From Candidatus Bathyarchaeia archaeon (lineage in GTDB: Archaea; Thermoproteota; Bathyarchaeia; Bathyarchaeales; Bathycorpusculaceae): a stretch of DNA of 64,000 nucleotides. The notes beneath the pieces are model-generated. The model ran no database searches, was not told where the DNA came from, and was given only the letters and a program-made list of their open reading frames with translations. Made by a program: the position numbers and the translations under genes. This document shows, piece after piece, positions 22,404-32,938 of this stretch. Position 1 is the first letter of the stretch; every line of letters starts with the position of its first letter. The stretch covers positions 32,001 to 96,000 of the forward strand of contig JBEKSS010000009.1 in the NCBI GenBank assembly GCA_049516875.1, in the 5' to 3' direction.

Positions 22404-23192
22404 ATGAACATGCTGTATGCACTCCCAGAACAGCCCCCTATGAAGAGGCGAAGAACCTACACGGTCCTGCTGATTGTTTTGTTGGATTCTTTACTGGTTC
22501 TTGCCCTGATTTTCTTCTTTCCACTTCTCACGCGGTCTGCGAATCGACGCTTGACAAGCTTCGACTGGGCGGGCTACTGTGTCGCCTCAGACTTGAATAG
22601 TCCGCAACCTTCAGTCACAAAGATCAACGCGTCCTGGACAGTTCCCACAGTCAACATTCTAACGGGAGGCTCCTTCTCCGCAGCGTGGATTGGTGTGGGT
22701 GGACAATTCGACGATACGCTGATCCAGGCAGGAACCGAACAGGATTCAACAAATGGGCGAGGAACATACTCGGCTTGGTATGAACTGTTGCCTAACACAG
22801 CAGTGTCGATCGATTCACTGAGTGTATCGCCAGGAGACAACATCACTGCTTCAATATCGGTCTTAGACCTGACCACGAACACGTGGTCGATAGAAATTCA
22901 CGATGTCACGAAGGTTCAATCGTTCCAGAAGAGTGTCACTTACGTTTCCTCAATGCTTTCTGCTGATTGGATTGTAGAGCGACCGACGGTAAACAATCGT
23001 GTCAGAACTCTAGCTGACTTTGGCGAAATAACATTTGTAGGTTGCACAGCAACCATAGGCGGCAGAGTTGGAACCGTCGGCAGCTTTCCTTCTATCCAAG
23101 TCACGATGTATGACCGCCAAAACACAGAACTGGTGAGTATCTCGGCCCTTGCTTCCACGGGCTCGTCATTCACAGTCAACTACGCAAGCTAG
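22404..23192 (+). CDS. Membrane-anchored G1 (eqolisin/peptidase A4) glutamic peptidase
   Basis: WAGY, AWIGVGG, LIQAGTEQD (catalytic Gln), WYELLP, SADWIVERP (catalytic Glu); N-terminal TM. Confidence 0.88.
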   Translation: MNMLYALPEQPPMKRRRTYTVLLIVLLDSLLVLALIFFFPLLTRSANRRLTSFDWAGYCVASDLNSPQPSVTKINASWTVPTVNILTGGSFSAAWIGVGGQFDDTLIQAGTEQDSTNGRGTYSAWYELLPNTAVSIDSLSVSPGDNITASISVLDLTTNTWSIEIHDVTKVQSFQKSVTYVSSMLSADWIVERPTVNNRVRTLADFGEITFVGCTATIGGRVGTVGSFPSIQVTMYDRQNTELVSISALASTGSSFTVNYAS

Positions 23193-23413
23193 CAGATGAC
23201 TCGTAGAATCTCTCGCGATGCTGTGGGGGCGTTGCGCGCGCTAATCATCTTTCCTTCTTAACATTCACTGATTAGAGTATACATTAAAGAATCCATAACA
23301 CAAGAGGACGATGGAGAGGACGCGACGAGACTTTTTCGGGTTTGCAAGACTTAAATAGCGTTACGTAGTCCATGTTTGACTGAGTATGTGTGACTGGTTG
23401 ACTCTGGTGCGGA

Positions 23414-24397
23414 GTGCCAGGGATGAACAAGATGGAAGTTTTGGTTTCTTTTGATTTGCCGAGCGTTTATATAGAGAAGATTAGGGGTGTTTCGTCAAGC
23501 ATTGAGGTCGTGCAGAGTGAAGACAAGGAAGAGGCTTTGCGTCTCGTCGAGGATGCAGACATACTGTTTGCTGGTTTCTTCTCGAAAGAGCTGTTTCTTG
23601 CCTCGAGGAAACTGAAGTGGATCCAAGCGTGGGGTGCTGGCGTCGATAGGTTTCTTTTTCCGGAAGTGGTGAAGAGTGGGGTGATAGTGACGAACGCTGG
23701 GGGTGTCCATCCTACGCCGGTTTCGGAGCACGTCGTGGGGGTGATGCTCTGCCTCTGCCGAAAGCTGCACCTCTTCATCAGGAATCAGGCAGAGAGAAAA
23801 TGGGAAAGGTACGAATCATGGATATCCACGGAACAGGTTGAGGAGTTATCAGGCAAGACCGTAGGGATATTGGGGCTGGGCAGAATCGGAGCAGAAATAG
23901 CGCAGAAGGCGAGATGCCTTGGAACGAGAGTGATCGCAACAAAACGGGATACTTCTCGTAGGGCATCAGCGAGTGTTGATCGGCTGGTCCGTCCGGCTGA
24001 TCTGAACGAGCTGCTCGCCGAATCGGACTTCGTTGTTCTCTCGCTACCATTGACCAAGGAGACGCAGGGAATGATTGGGGAAGCACAGTTGAGGAGCATG
24101 AAACGGACCGGCTACCTCATCAACGTGAGCAGGGGAGGAATCGTGCAGGAAAACAAGCTCATCGAAGCGCTGAAGCAGGGATGGATCGCTGGGGCGGGCT
24201 TGGACACGTTTGAGAACGAGCCGTTGCCTGGAGACAGCGAGCTCTGGGGCTTCAAGAACGTGATAATCACTCCCCACGTCGCTGGCCTAACGCCGTACTA
24301 CATGGAACGTTTGACAAACATATTCTGCGAAAACCTACACCGATTCATCCGTAAACAACCTCTGATGAACGTCGTAGACAAAACTCTGGGATACTGA
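23414..24397 (+). CDS. D-2-hydroxyacid dehydrogenase
   Basis: GAGVD, GLGRIG, INVSRG, GAGLDTFENEPL, ITPHVAG. Confidence 0.93.
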   Translation: MPGMNKMEVLVSFDLPSVYIEKIRGVSSSIEVVQSEDKEEALRLVEDADILFAGFFSKELFLASRKLKWIQAWGAGVDRFLFPEVVKSGVIVTNAGGVHPTPVSEHVVGVMLCLCRKLHLFIRNQAERKWERYESWISTEQVEELSGKTVGILGLGRIGAEIAQKARCLGTRVIATKRDTSRRASASVDRLVRPADLNELLAESDFVVLSLPLTKETQGMIGEAQLRSMKRTGYLINVSRGGIVQENKLIEALKQGWIAGAGLDTFENEPLPGDSELWGFKNVIITPHVAGLTPYYMERLTNIFCENLHRFIRKQPLMNVVDKTLGY

Positions 24398-24601
24398 AAC
24401 GGACAGTGCACTCGGTTTTGGGCACGACACGACGGATCGCGGGCCAATCAGCATTGTGTTATTGCCTTTCGGGCGACATAGCGTACGCGAGTCTGACGTT
24501 TTGCGCCCATGAACATTGGAGGGTAAGAACTTTTGTCTAGAAAAAGGTTTCATAAAGGTTAACTATCCAGACGATGCAGAGTTGAGGACCAGAGGATAGT
24601 A

Positions 24602-27600
24602 TTGAGAAGCAAGCCCCTCCAACGCATAGTTGTTAGTCTAGTTTTGATAGTCGTTATGATGCTGGCATCCACCGCGGCGTGGACGTCAGTGAGCCCTGAT
24701 GATAGTGCTATCGGATTAGCGCGCGCGATCGAACAGCGACTGCCCAGAATATTCTATCTACAGAATTTTGAGAACGAAACGGCGGGCAATCCTGCTGACA
24801 ATTGGACAGTGTTCCCACCTGGCGCAGGAAGTGTCATCGTCAACGGTAGCACCATTGATGGGGATATGGGCAATTATGCGAAGTTCGTTGACAACTCAAC
24901 CATAGACTCGGTGGTTGCTTCGCGCAGCTTCACCCAGCAGAATGGCACGATTATGTTCAGTTTCTCTGTTAGCCTCCCATACACTACGGGCGTCCACACT
25001 GGCCTTGAAGTAAGCGTTGATGATGGAGGCTTCAACGGTTCGAACATCGTCTTCAAGGACGGGGCAATATGGTACTATGACGGAAACAAAGGGCTCGTTG
25101 CTCTGAGATCTTACTACGTTGCCAACCGATGGTACAGAATCAAATTCATTATGAACATACCTGCCAACGTCTACAACATCCACATCGACGATCACCTAGA
25201 ATGGACAGGCGCAGAGTTTAATGGATCTTGCAGCCAGATTCATAGAATAGCTGTCACCGAGTTCTCTCCCTCCGACGCCCCAGGTTCACTGTTGCCAATA
25301 GGGTTCATTGACGACGTAGAAGGAAGGCAAGGCATCATTATTCCGGTTGATTTTCCAACGATCCAGGCGGGAGTAGACGCGGCCAGTCCAGGAGACCTTG
25401 TGTACGTTACGTCTCAGAGAATCTACTTCGAAAGCGTCTACATACCAATGGAGAAGAGCGGCATATGGCTTGTCGGGCAAGATGCCAGCACGACGATTAT
25501 CAATGGAAGGTTTGCAGAGACGAATCCCTACAGGATAGCGTTGGATGGCTGTTCAGATGTCGTCGTGTGCGGCTTCACGATGAATTGCTCGAATGAAAAC
25601 GGCACACAAGTCATCCTGTGGTACAGCTCGGGCAACGTCATCACTCATAACATAATAATCAACGGTCTTGGCGACGGAATATATATTCGTGGTTCGAACT
25701 CGGACATAACTGACAACGTGATTCAGTCAAACCAGGTTGGCATCAGCCTGGATTCGGGCAAAGACAACTTGGTGATGAACAACACGATAATGGGAAACAT
25801 GGTGGGTCTCCAGTGCGGAGAAGAAGCTGTCAACAATCTGATTTACGCGAATCGATTTGTTGCCAACAATCAGCAGGCGCTCGATTACGGGACATCAAAC
25901 GCGTGGGATGATGGTTACCCGTACACGTCCACGCCGGATAGCATTGCGGGAGGAGGAAACTATTGGAGTGACTTCAGTAACTGTACCGACGTGTATTCGG
26001 GCAAGTATCAGGATGAGGAGGCCAACTGTTGCTGGCCTTCGCCAGATGGCATATGTGATCAACCGTACAATATAAACGTCAACAGCGTTGACCATTACCC
26101 GCTGTTCCTGATACAAAATGTAACCCAGGTCCCGAAACTTAACCGCGCCAATTGTGCCCTTGGGGTGTTCGACAAAAGCGTCCAATACACAGATAACGTT
26201 ATCGTGACGGCAACAACACTCAGGTTCGTCAATATTTCCAAAGCAACCGTTTACGTGGACTATACCTACGCGGGTGTGACCACTCACCGGAGCATCTCAA
26301 TGACAGTGTCTGGTAACATTTTGACTGGTACGATACCGCACCAGCCCTATAATACAACGGTCAGATACAACGTCAGTGTGGTTGCGTCCGGGGTCGACTG
26401 GAGGGGTTCAAGTAGCAACTTGAGCCTGAACTCAACCAACTACCCGATTCCATTTCCCTATCTCGTGGACGACATGACGCCACCTGATTTCCCCAAGATT
26501 CCGCCTTTCACAATAACGGGAGGTGATGAGAATCAAACGTATACTGTAACAACAACGGTGACAGAACCATCGGACGCGAGCGGTGTAGACAAGGTTTACG
26601 CGTCTTACCAGGTCAACTTCACTTGGTGGACGGCTGAAATGACGAAGGATGGCGACGACACGTACACGGCGGTGATTCCCCGGCAGTGGGGAGGTACTAC
26701 GTTGAATATCAAGGTGACCGCTGTCGATAAGGCGGGCATCCCAGGTGCGCCTACACCTAGTAACAGTTCCACGTATGTGAAGAGACTTGCTCAACTCAAA
26801 GTGAACTCCACTGACCCTATCCCTTACGACCCTTGTGATGTCGATCTCGGCTTACTGTCGGGGGATCAGACGTACACGGGTGGCTTCAACATCACTAACA
26901 TTGTCCAGCCGAATGATGACGTGCTCCTTTGGAACATAGTAACAGTTGAAGGAGGATCTTGGTTGCGCCCTCTTTCTATCACGCACGGCACCTTGACTGG
27001 TGGTCAAACTATTCACGTGGTCGTGACTGTTGACACCACCAACTGCTCAGATCCGGGTCTTTATGTTGCCAAGCTCTCTGTAAATGCAAACGGGACGGTG
27101 CCTCAGTGGGCTGTGATCTTGACCTTTACGGTGAGAGACATAATAATCGACATCTCATGGGCATCTTCTGAATGGCCGAACCGAGTCAACGTCGACTCAA
27201 CCCAATATGTAGCTTTTCACGCAGAGTGGGCCATCAACTGTGTAGACGCCACAGACGGCGCCTTGAAGATTTTTGGGAACGACACTTATGAACCAGTAAA
27301 CACTACGGGCTGGGCCACGTTCTCTGTGAGCTCTTCATCGCCAGCAAATATAACTTTCGGAGTTGAGAAGGTTGTATTTGGCAACGTAACGTCGTTTTGG
27401 CAAACGGCGCTAAATCGGACCATAGCGTGGGATCGTGTACAGGTTGTTCTCACAATGGACAACAACTATGTGAACGTTGACTCCCCCGCCGACATATCAT
27501 GGGGCGGCAGCTATTATGAGCTTGACCAAACTCCGTTCAACGCGAGCACGGGCTATGTCTTCTTCAACGACAGTTTAACCCGTGACCACGTTGACGAAGC

Positions 27601-28273
27601 ATGGATAAGCACGTCTTCAATCGTTGACTACAGTTATCCTAACGTAACAGCCTATGAGAGCAACAGCGTCGACGTTATCTGGGACGAGATAGAGATAATC
27701 GCAGGAGGAGTATCGCGCTCACAAACCCCCGTGGGGCAACCAGAGTCAGTGTGGTTCATAGGAATTTACGAATTAGAAAACAAAGTGTTCAAAGGCGCGA
27801 ACGGCATGTTGTTTGTGAATGATGGTGCCAGTGATTCGGCCTTGAACTGGTCAGGCGACACGGAGATATGGCGAAAGGATGATTTGAACTATTCGACACC
27901 AGGAACGAGAATCTTCCACGTTTCGAAGGTGTTTGACAACGTACACAACCTGACCAAGATTAAAGATAACGTTGGACCGTTGAACATAACGTGGGGCGAG
28001 CCGGCACCGAGACCATGGTGGGAGGCTTGGTGGCCGACAAGTGAGGACGTTACAACGACAGAACAACCCGTTCAGACCGTGCAGCCGGTTCAAACACAAG
28101 CTGCCAACGCATACGCTACTTGGGCTGTAGTTATAGTAGTGGTAGTCGCGATGGGCTTAGTCCTCATGCTGTTGATACTCATGAGTTCTGGGAAGAAGTC
28201 CAAGTCAAAGAATGGCAAGAAGAGAGCTGTCCTGCCAACCTACAGCATCAACACGCCCAGTTCGAAACGCTGA
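24602..28273 (+). CDS. Large cell-surface protein (lectin-like N-terminus, NosD/pectin-lyase beta-helix, Ig-like domains, C-terminal TM anchor)
   Basis: Signal peptide; PVDFPTIQAGVDAASPGD and Asn-rich beta-helix ending GGNYWSD...DGICDQPY; C-terminal TM with basic tail. Confidence 0.85.
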   Translation: MRSKPLQRIVVSLVLIVVMMLASTAAWTSVSPDDSAIGLARAIEQRLPRIFYLQNFENETAGNPADNWTVFPPGAGSVIVNGSTIDGDMGNYAKFVDNSTIDSVVASRSFTQQNGTIMFSFSVSLPYTTGVHTGLEVSVDDGGFNGSNIVFKDGAIWYYDGNKGLVALRSYYVANRWYRIKFIMNIPANVYNIHIDDHLEWTGAEFNGSCSQIHRIAVTEFSPSDAPGSLLPIGFIDDVEGRQGIIIPVDFPTIQAGVDAASPGDLVYVTSQRIYFESVYIPMEKSGIWLVGQDASTTIINGRFAETNPYRIALDGCSDVVVCGFTMNCSNENGTQVILWYSSGNVITHNIIINGLGDGIYIRGSNSDITDNVIQSNQVGISLDSGKDNLVMNNTIMGNMVGLQCGEEAVNNLIYANRFVANNQQALDYGTSNAWDDGYPYTSTPDSIAGGGNYWSDFSNCTDVYSGKYQDEEANCCWPSPDGICDQPYNINVNSVDHYPLFLIQNVTQVPKLNRANCALGVFDKSVQYTDNVIVTATTLRFVNISKATVYVDYTYAGVTTHRSISMTVSGNILTGTIPHQPYNTTVRYNVSVVASGVDWRGSSSNLSLNSTNYPIPFPYLVDDMTPPDFPKIPPFTITGGDENQTYTVTTTVTEPSDASGVDKVYASYQVNFTWWTAEMTKDGDDTYTAVIPRQWGGTTLNIKVTAVDKAGIPGAPTPSNSSTYVKRLAQLKVNSTDPIPYDPCDVDLGLLSGDQTYTGGFNITNIVQPNDDVLLWNIVTVEGGSWLRPLSITHGTLTGGQTIHVVVTVDTTNCSDPGLYVAKLSVNANGTVPQWAVILTFTVRDIIIDISWASSEWPNRVNVDSTQYVAFHAEWAINCVDATDGALKIFGNDTYEPVNTTGWATFSVSSSSPANITFGVEKVVFGNVTSFWQTALNRTIAWDRVQVVLTMDNNYVNVDSPADISWGGSYYELDQTPFNASTGYVFFNDSLTRDHVDEAWISTSSIVDYSYPNVTAYESNSVDVIWDEIEIIAGGVSRSQTPVGQPESVWFIGIYELENKVFKGANGMLFVNDGASDSALNWSGDTEIWRKDDLNYSTPGTRIFHVSKVFDNVHNLTKIKDNVGPLNITWGEPAPRPWWEAWWPTSEDVTTTEQPVQTVQPVQTQAANAYATWAVVIVVVVAMGLVLMLLILMSSGKKSKSKNGKKRAVLPTYSINTPSSKR

Positions 28274-28396
28274 TGCGGTATCATAACGTGCACGTTGGCA
28301 CGCCGTTGAGTATGACGATTGGAGTCTTGAATGCATGATGGAGGATGATGGTGCAGAAAAATGAAGGAAGAGGGATACTCAGAGCGGTGTTTTAGG

Positions 28397-28786
28397 TTAG
28401 GGATGCATTGGCTGCAGTATGGCGAACTGGTTGCCTTCAGGGTCGGCGGCTATTGCTGTCCAGCCTACGCCTGGGACCACTTGCTTGGGCACGATGATTT
28501 TGCCTCCTAGAGCTTTGATTTTCTTGATGTACTCCTCTGCGGACTCGACTGAAATGTAGTTAATCGGCTTGGCGTCTCGGCGTGTTTTCTGGTATATGCC
28601 TCCGTTCACTCCGGGTCTCAGGGATCTCATCTGCTCATCCATGGGTACGGTGCCTAGCATCCAGTAGTCCATTTCCATCTCTCCGGGGGCTTTCTCAATC
28701 TTCCAATCGAACAGTTCTGAATAGAATTTGTTCAGTTTGTCAACGTTCTTTGCGGGTATCTCAAAGTGAACAACCGTGTGATCCAT
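28397..28786 (-). CDS. VOC/glyoxalase-family protein
   Basis: VVHFEIPA...FYSELFDW, GVNGG, ADPEGNQFAI. Confidence 0.9.
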   Translation of the reverse strand: MDHTVVHFEIPAKNVDKLNKFYSELFDWKIEKAPGEMEMDYWMLGTVPMDEQMRSLRPGVNGGIYQKTRRDAKPINYISVESAEEYIKKIKALGGKIIVPKQVVPGVGWTAIAADPEGNQFAILQPMHP

Positions 28787-28881
28787 TTTTTACACCTTCG
28801 TTTCAAGCATCGAAAACGAACGCGGTTGATATAAACTATTGCTACAGTCAGCCTGCAGCAACGGTTCATGCTTAGCGCTTG

Positions 28882-29718
28882 CTAGGTCTTGGGTTTGACG
28901 CCGGATATCTTCACGCTTGCGACGGTGTTGGCGATTTTCTTGATTTTTTCGACGGGTATTTCTGTGGTCTTGACGATTGCTTGTGCGGTGGGGTCGTTGG
29001 CCATGTTTTCGACTGGGAAGTGGTTTTCTTCGATGATTTTGACTTGTTGAAAGCCGGCCTCTTTTATCATTTGTAGGTATTTGCTCTTCATTTCGGCGCC
29101 TGAGAGGCATCCGATGTATGCTTGTACGTTCTTTTTTATGATTTCTGGGAGCTTTTTCAGCAGGACGATGTCTGAGACCATTAGTTTGCCGTTCGGTTTT
29201 AGGACTCTGAAGGCTTCTTCGAACACGCGTTTCTTGTTTGGTGAGAGGTTGATTACGCAGTTTGATATTACGACGTCAACGGTGCTGTTCGCTGCGGGTA
29301 GGTTTTCGATTTCTCCGAGTCTGAACTCGACGTTTTTGTATTTGCTTTTTCTGGCGTTTTCTCTTGCCCTGTCAATCATTTCGGGTGTCATGTCCACGCC
29401 GATGATCTTGCCGCTTTTGCCGACTCTGTTTGCCGCTAGAAAGCAGTCGAATCCTCCGCCGGAGCCGAGGTCCAGGACTGTTTGTCCCTTTCTCAGGGAA
29501 GCCAAGGCGACGGGGTTGCCGCATCCGAGACCCAGGTTTGCGCCTTCTGGAACTGATGTTATTTCTTCTTCGCTGTAGCCTATTCTCCTGCTGATCTTCT
29601 CGCTCATATCGGGGGTATTGGAACCACAGGAGGTTGGGGCACCGCAACAGGATTTTTCGTTCTTGGCGATCTTTGCGTAGCCTTCTCGAACTATCTTCTT
29701 CACTTTTTCTTCTTTCAC
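28882..29718 (-). CDS. arsM: Arsenite S-adenosylmethionine methyltransferase
   Basis: VREGYAKIA..SCCG, NLGLGCGNP, VLDLGSGGGFD, VISNCVINL, YIGCL. GTG start after a GAGGTG RBS. Confidence 0.93.
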   Translation of the reverse strand: MKEEKVKKIVREGYAKIAKNEKSCCGAPTSCGSNTPDMSEKISRRIGYSEEEITSVPEGANLGLGCGNPVALASLRKGQTVLDLGSGGGFDCFLAANRVGKSGKIIGVDMTPEMIDRARENARKSKYKNVEFRLGEIENLPAANSTVDVVISNCVINLSPNKKRVFEEAFRVLKPNGKLMVSDIVLLKKLPEIIKKNVQAYIGCLSGAEMKSKYLQMIKEAGFQQVKIIEENHFPVENMANDPTAQAIVKTTEIPVEKIKKIANTVASVKISGVKPKT

Positions 29719-29806
29719 ACTGTTCACCTCCGATTTGATGACTTGCGCACGCTTCCTAATCCTATGTTTGGAACCATCTTGAGTGAAATCCTCAGCGACC
29801 GATGTT

Positions 29807-30058
29807 TCAACTGCAACCACATCCATTCTCTGAATCTTCCGCAACAGGTTTCGCCTCTCCGATTAGACCTGACGCAAACTCGTCCATGTGTGCCATTGCA
29901 CCTTTTCTAACCATCTTTGCTATCGCAATTGCCTCCATGATTTCTTTTTCCTCTGCTCCACTATCTTTCGCCCCCTTCATGAGGTGTTCAGGACAGGGCT
30001 GACAATTTGCCGTTACCGAAGCTCCGACCGCTATCAACAATTTGGTTCGGTTTTCCAT
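29807..30058 (-). CDS. Carboxymuconolactone decarboxylase/AhpD-family protein
   Basis: KLLIAVGASVTANCQPC (CxxC) and C-terminal GCGC; RBS GAGGAGG. Confidence 0.82.
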   Translation of the reverse strand: MENRTKLLIAVGASVTANCQPCPEHLMKGAKDSGAEEKEIMEAIAIAKMVRKGAMAHMDEFASGLIGEAKPVAEDSENGCGCS

Positions 30059-30085
30059 AGCAGACCTCCTCAATATTCTTGTCAA

Positions 30086-30325
30086 CTACTTGATGACCAG
30101 CTTGAGTGCGGGGCTGAGTACTTTGCTCACTGCTTCTCCCAGTCCTTCTGCTTTGAGCATCAGAAGACAGCACACTTCGCCTCCTTTTTCACAGGCCACG
30201 ATGGCGAGCTTGTCGCCGGGCTTCAATTTTGCTTTCTCCCTTATGTCCTTAGGAAGGACTATCTGCCCTTTCGAATCAATTGCAACGACGGCGTCTACCC
30301 TGAAACCTTCATTACGACCGTTCAT
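30086..30325 (-). CDS. AbrB/SpoVT-type DNA-binding protein (resembles the HgcAB-associated small AbrB family)
   Basis: VAIDSKGQIVLPKDIREKAKLKPGDKL swapped-hairpin motif plus a VCC Cys pair. Confidence 0.82.
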   Translation of the reverse strand: MNGRNEGFRVDAVVAIDSKGQIVLPKDIREKAKLKPGDKLAIVACEKGGEVCCLLMLKAEGLGEAVSKVLSPALKLVIK

Positions 30326-30349
30326 TACTCTCACTGCCCAAAGCTGTGT

Positions 30350-30396
30350 TTCTCGGATTATTTATGTTTTTCGGATTTTTCAGAAAAATACGATTA
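30350..30396 (-). promoter_or_regulatory. Promoter/operator of the AbrB-CMD-arsM unit
   Basis: Minus strand reads TTTTTCTGAAAAATCCGAAAAACATAAATAATCCGAGAAA: repeated ATCCGA/TTCTGA boxes around a TATA-like CATAAATA. Confidence 0.45.
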
Positions 30397-30487
30397 GGCG
30401 AAGAAAGCCCTCCAGCACCGTGCCTCCCACGCTTCGTTCCCGCCCTTGAGGAAGCCTTTTCATCCTGCAGATTGTTCGCGGTTTGGG

Positions 30488-30883
30488 CTAGTCGGCTTCG
30501 TTGATGAGTCTCTTGACTCTCTTCTCTATTTCGTCCCTCATCTCCATCACCCTCTCGATGGACTTTCCTTTTGGATCATCGATTCCCCAGTCTACCACTC
30601 TGTTCAGCAGTGGAGCGGGGCAGAATCCTTGGGCGCTGCATCCCATAACGATTATCGTTTCTGCTTCCTGAACCATCTGGTTAGTGATAAGTTTCGGCTT
30701 GTTGGCTAACAGGTCTATTCCCTTTTCTCGCATGACCTGAACGACCATGGGGTTAACTTCGTTCGCTGGCATCGTCCCCGCGCTTGAAGCCTCAATCTTG
30801 CCATCACCATACAACCTTGCGAAGGCTTCTGCCATCTGGCTTCTTCCAGCGTTCTCAACGCAGACGAAAAGGATTCTTTTCAT
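30488..30883 (-). CDS. arsC: Arsenate reductase, LMW-PTPase fold
   Basis: ILFVCVENAGRSQMAEA P-loop, MGC.....CP resolving cysteines, DW.IDDPKG. Confidence 0.88.
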   Translation of the reverse strand: MKRILFVCVENAGRSQMAEAFARLYGDGKIEASSAGTMPANEVNPMVVQVMREKGIDLLANKPKLITNQMVQEAETIIVMGCSAQGFCPAPLLNRVVDWGIDDPKGKSIERVMEMRDEIEKRVKRLINEAD

Positions 30884-31163
30884 TCTTTCTTCACGTCCGT
30901 TGGAATGATGAAACAACGGGTTTAAAGTGTGTCAGCGCGCGCTACGAGTGTCTGGCAAGCAGGGCCCTTATCTGCTCTTCAGTGCTTTTTTTCACCAGAC
31001 TCGCCACAATATTAGTGAGATGGTCACTAAATAAACGCTTTTTCCTCATTAAAAGCGCGCGTAAGTCTTATTCGTGCAGCCCCATTTTTCTTGTTTGCTG
31101 CAAGAACGCCAAACAGTCAAATAGTCAGAATCCAGTTCTATGCAATGGGACTGTGAGGGAAGA

Positions 31164-31817
31164 ATGCGAAGTGCGAGAGTTGTGTCTTTTGATATGGACG
31201 GAACTTTAACCGACATCTCGTTTGCAGATTCCGTGTGGCTGGAGGGAATACCTCGTTTGTACGCCCTTAAGAATGGTCTTGCGTTTGAAGATGCAAAAAA
31301 CAGTGTGATGAACGAATATAACAAGGTCGGCAGACAGAAGCTTGAATGGTATGATATAAGTTATTGGATAGCCAGGCTGGGCTTGAACGTTTCTCCCAAA
31401 GAGGTTTTGAATTCTTATCAACACAGAATCAGGATTTTTCCGGATGCAATTGAGGTTCTGGAGGAGCTTGGGGATAGAGGATTTAGGCTAATCATGGTGA
31501 CGAATGCCCATAGGGAGTTCGTCGATTTGGAGCTTGAAAAGACGAAGATCATGCAGTATTTTGAACGTGTTTTTTCTCTAACTTCTGATTTTGGACTCGT
31601 CAAGAACACGGTTAGCGCTTACATGAAAGTGTGCAACGTTTGCAATGTCTCTCCTGACGAAGTGGTTCACGTGGGTGATGATGAGTGTTTTGATTTTGAC
31701 GTGCCTAGCAAAATGGGCATGACGGCCTTCTACCTCGATAGAACAGGTGGACACTCGGGGGAGTTTGTGGTTCGCAGTCTGAAAGAGTTTAGCGGAAAAC
31801 TCGCAGAGCGTACTTAG
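31164..31817 (+). CDS. HAD-superfamily hydrolase
   Basis: SFDMDGTL, MVTNA, HVGDD...D motifs. Confidence 0.9.
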   Translation: MRSARVVSFDMDGTLTDISFADSVWLEGIPRLYALKNGLAFEDAKNSVMNEYNKVGRQKLEWYDISYWIARLGLNVSPKEVLNSYQHRIRIFPDAIEVLEELGDRGFRLIMVTNAHREFVDLELEKTKIMQYFERVFSLTSDFGLVKNTVSAYMKVCNVCNVSPDEVVHVGDDECFDFDVPSKMGMTAFYLDRTGGHSGEFVVRSLKEFSGKLAERT

Positions 31818-31956
31818 CGTGCTGAACTGGATCGTGCGGTTTTTGATGGTCTTTTGCTGCAAAGCAGCGTTACGTGTGCGTTGCAAACTCGTTTTTTGCG
31901 GGGCAGATTGTGATAAGCTAAAATTGTGGTCTCTAGTTTAGACAAAGGGATGTCTG

Positions 31957-32751
31957 TTGTCGTCTCGACGAAGTCTTGAAAGGTTGAAAGGGAAAGCGCC
32001 GCAACTGCTGGTTTTAGCCCTCGTCGCCATTGTAATTCTAATCATCTTGTTGGAGACCTTGGAAGACACTTTGATCGAGGGAGGCACGTTCAAAGGCACA
32101 CCTCTTGATATACTGTTGAACGCTGTCATCATGCTTACGCGAGACGTTACTGCAGCCGTCTCGTCTTGGGGCTATGCTGGAATCTTCTTGTTGATGTTGC
32201 TTGAGGCAAGCTCTCTGCCCGTTCCAAGCGAGGTTGTACTCCCGTTCTCCGGCTACCTCGTTTCTCTAGGCCAGCTTAACTTGTGGCTAACCATTTTGGT
32301 TTCAACTCTTGCAGGAATAACGGGGTCGCTGATTGACTACTACGTTGGAATGAAGGGAATAAACCTGCTCACCCGACGGAAAGCTCTGGGCAAACTCCTT
32401 CTTAATAAAGCGCGTTTGGAAACGGCCGAGAGGTGGTTCAGCAAGTACGGCTCCCTCGTTGTGTTTCTGGGCCGCATGATCCCGGGGTTCAGGACGCTGG
32501 TGTCTTTTCCAGCGGGGGCGGTAAAAATGTCGCTGACAAGGTTTATCGCATTCACACTGGCTGGATGTCTAGTCTGGAACGCGTTTCTAACTTACATCGG
32601 CGTGTATGTAGGTACTAACTGGCGAGAGGTCGCTGGTGTATCACACTACATAATCATAGGTGTCGTAGCGGTGATCCTGGTGGCGTTTGTCGTGTTCTTG
32701 ATCAGAAGAAAAAGGGGAACCTGCGCGCATGCGTGTTCCGAAAATGGTTAA
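31957..32751 (+). CDS. DedA-family membrane protein
   Basis: LPVPSEVVLPFSGY, FLGRMIPGFRT, PAG. Confidence 0.9.
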   Translation: MSSRRSLERLKGKAPQLLVLALVAIVILIILLETLEDTLIEGGTFKGTPLDILLNAVIMLTRDVTAAVSSWGYAGIFLLMLLEASSLPVPSEVVLPFSGYLVSLGQLNLWLTILVSTLAGITGSLIDYYVGMKGINLLTRRKALGKLLLNKARLETAERWFSKYGSLVVFLGRMIPGFRTLVSFPAGAVKMSLTRFIAFTLAGCLVWNAFLTYIGVYVGTNWREVAGVSHYIIIGVVAVILVAFVVFLIRRKRGTCAHACSENG

Positions 32752-32938
32752 AAATGGTATTTATTCTTTTTAGGGCTTTTGGAGGCAGTTTTGAGGCGCG
32801 CATCTGTTTTTGACCTACTTGCACTGTCCGTCTCAACACAGCCAAGACCTACTATCAAGCAAGTCCAAATCAAACGCAGATAGGCAAAAGAAGAATAGAA
32901 ACCATTTTAGACCAATTTAGGAACAAGCATGCGCGCTA

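Noticed and set aside
30086-30325. Mercury methylation locus
   Set aside because: No hgcA cap-helix motif or hgcB ferredoxin appears anywhere in the window.
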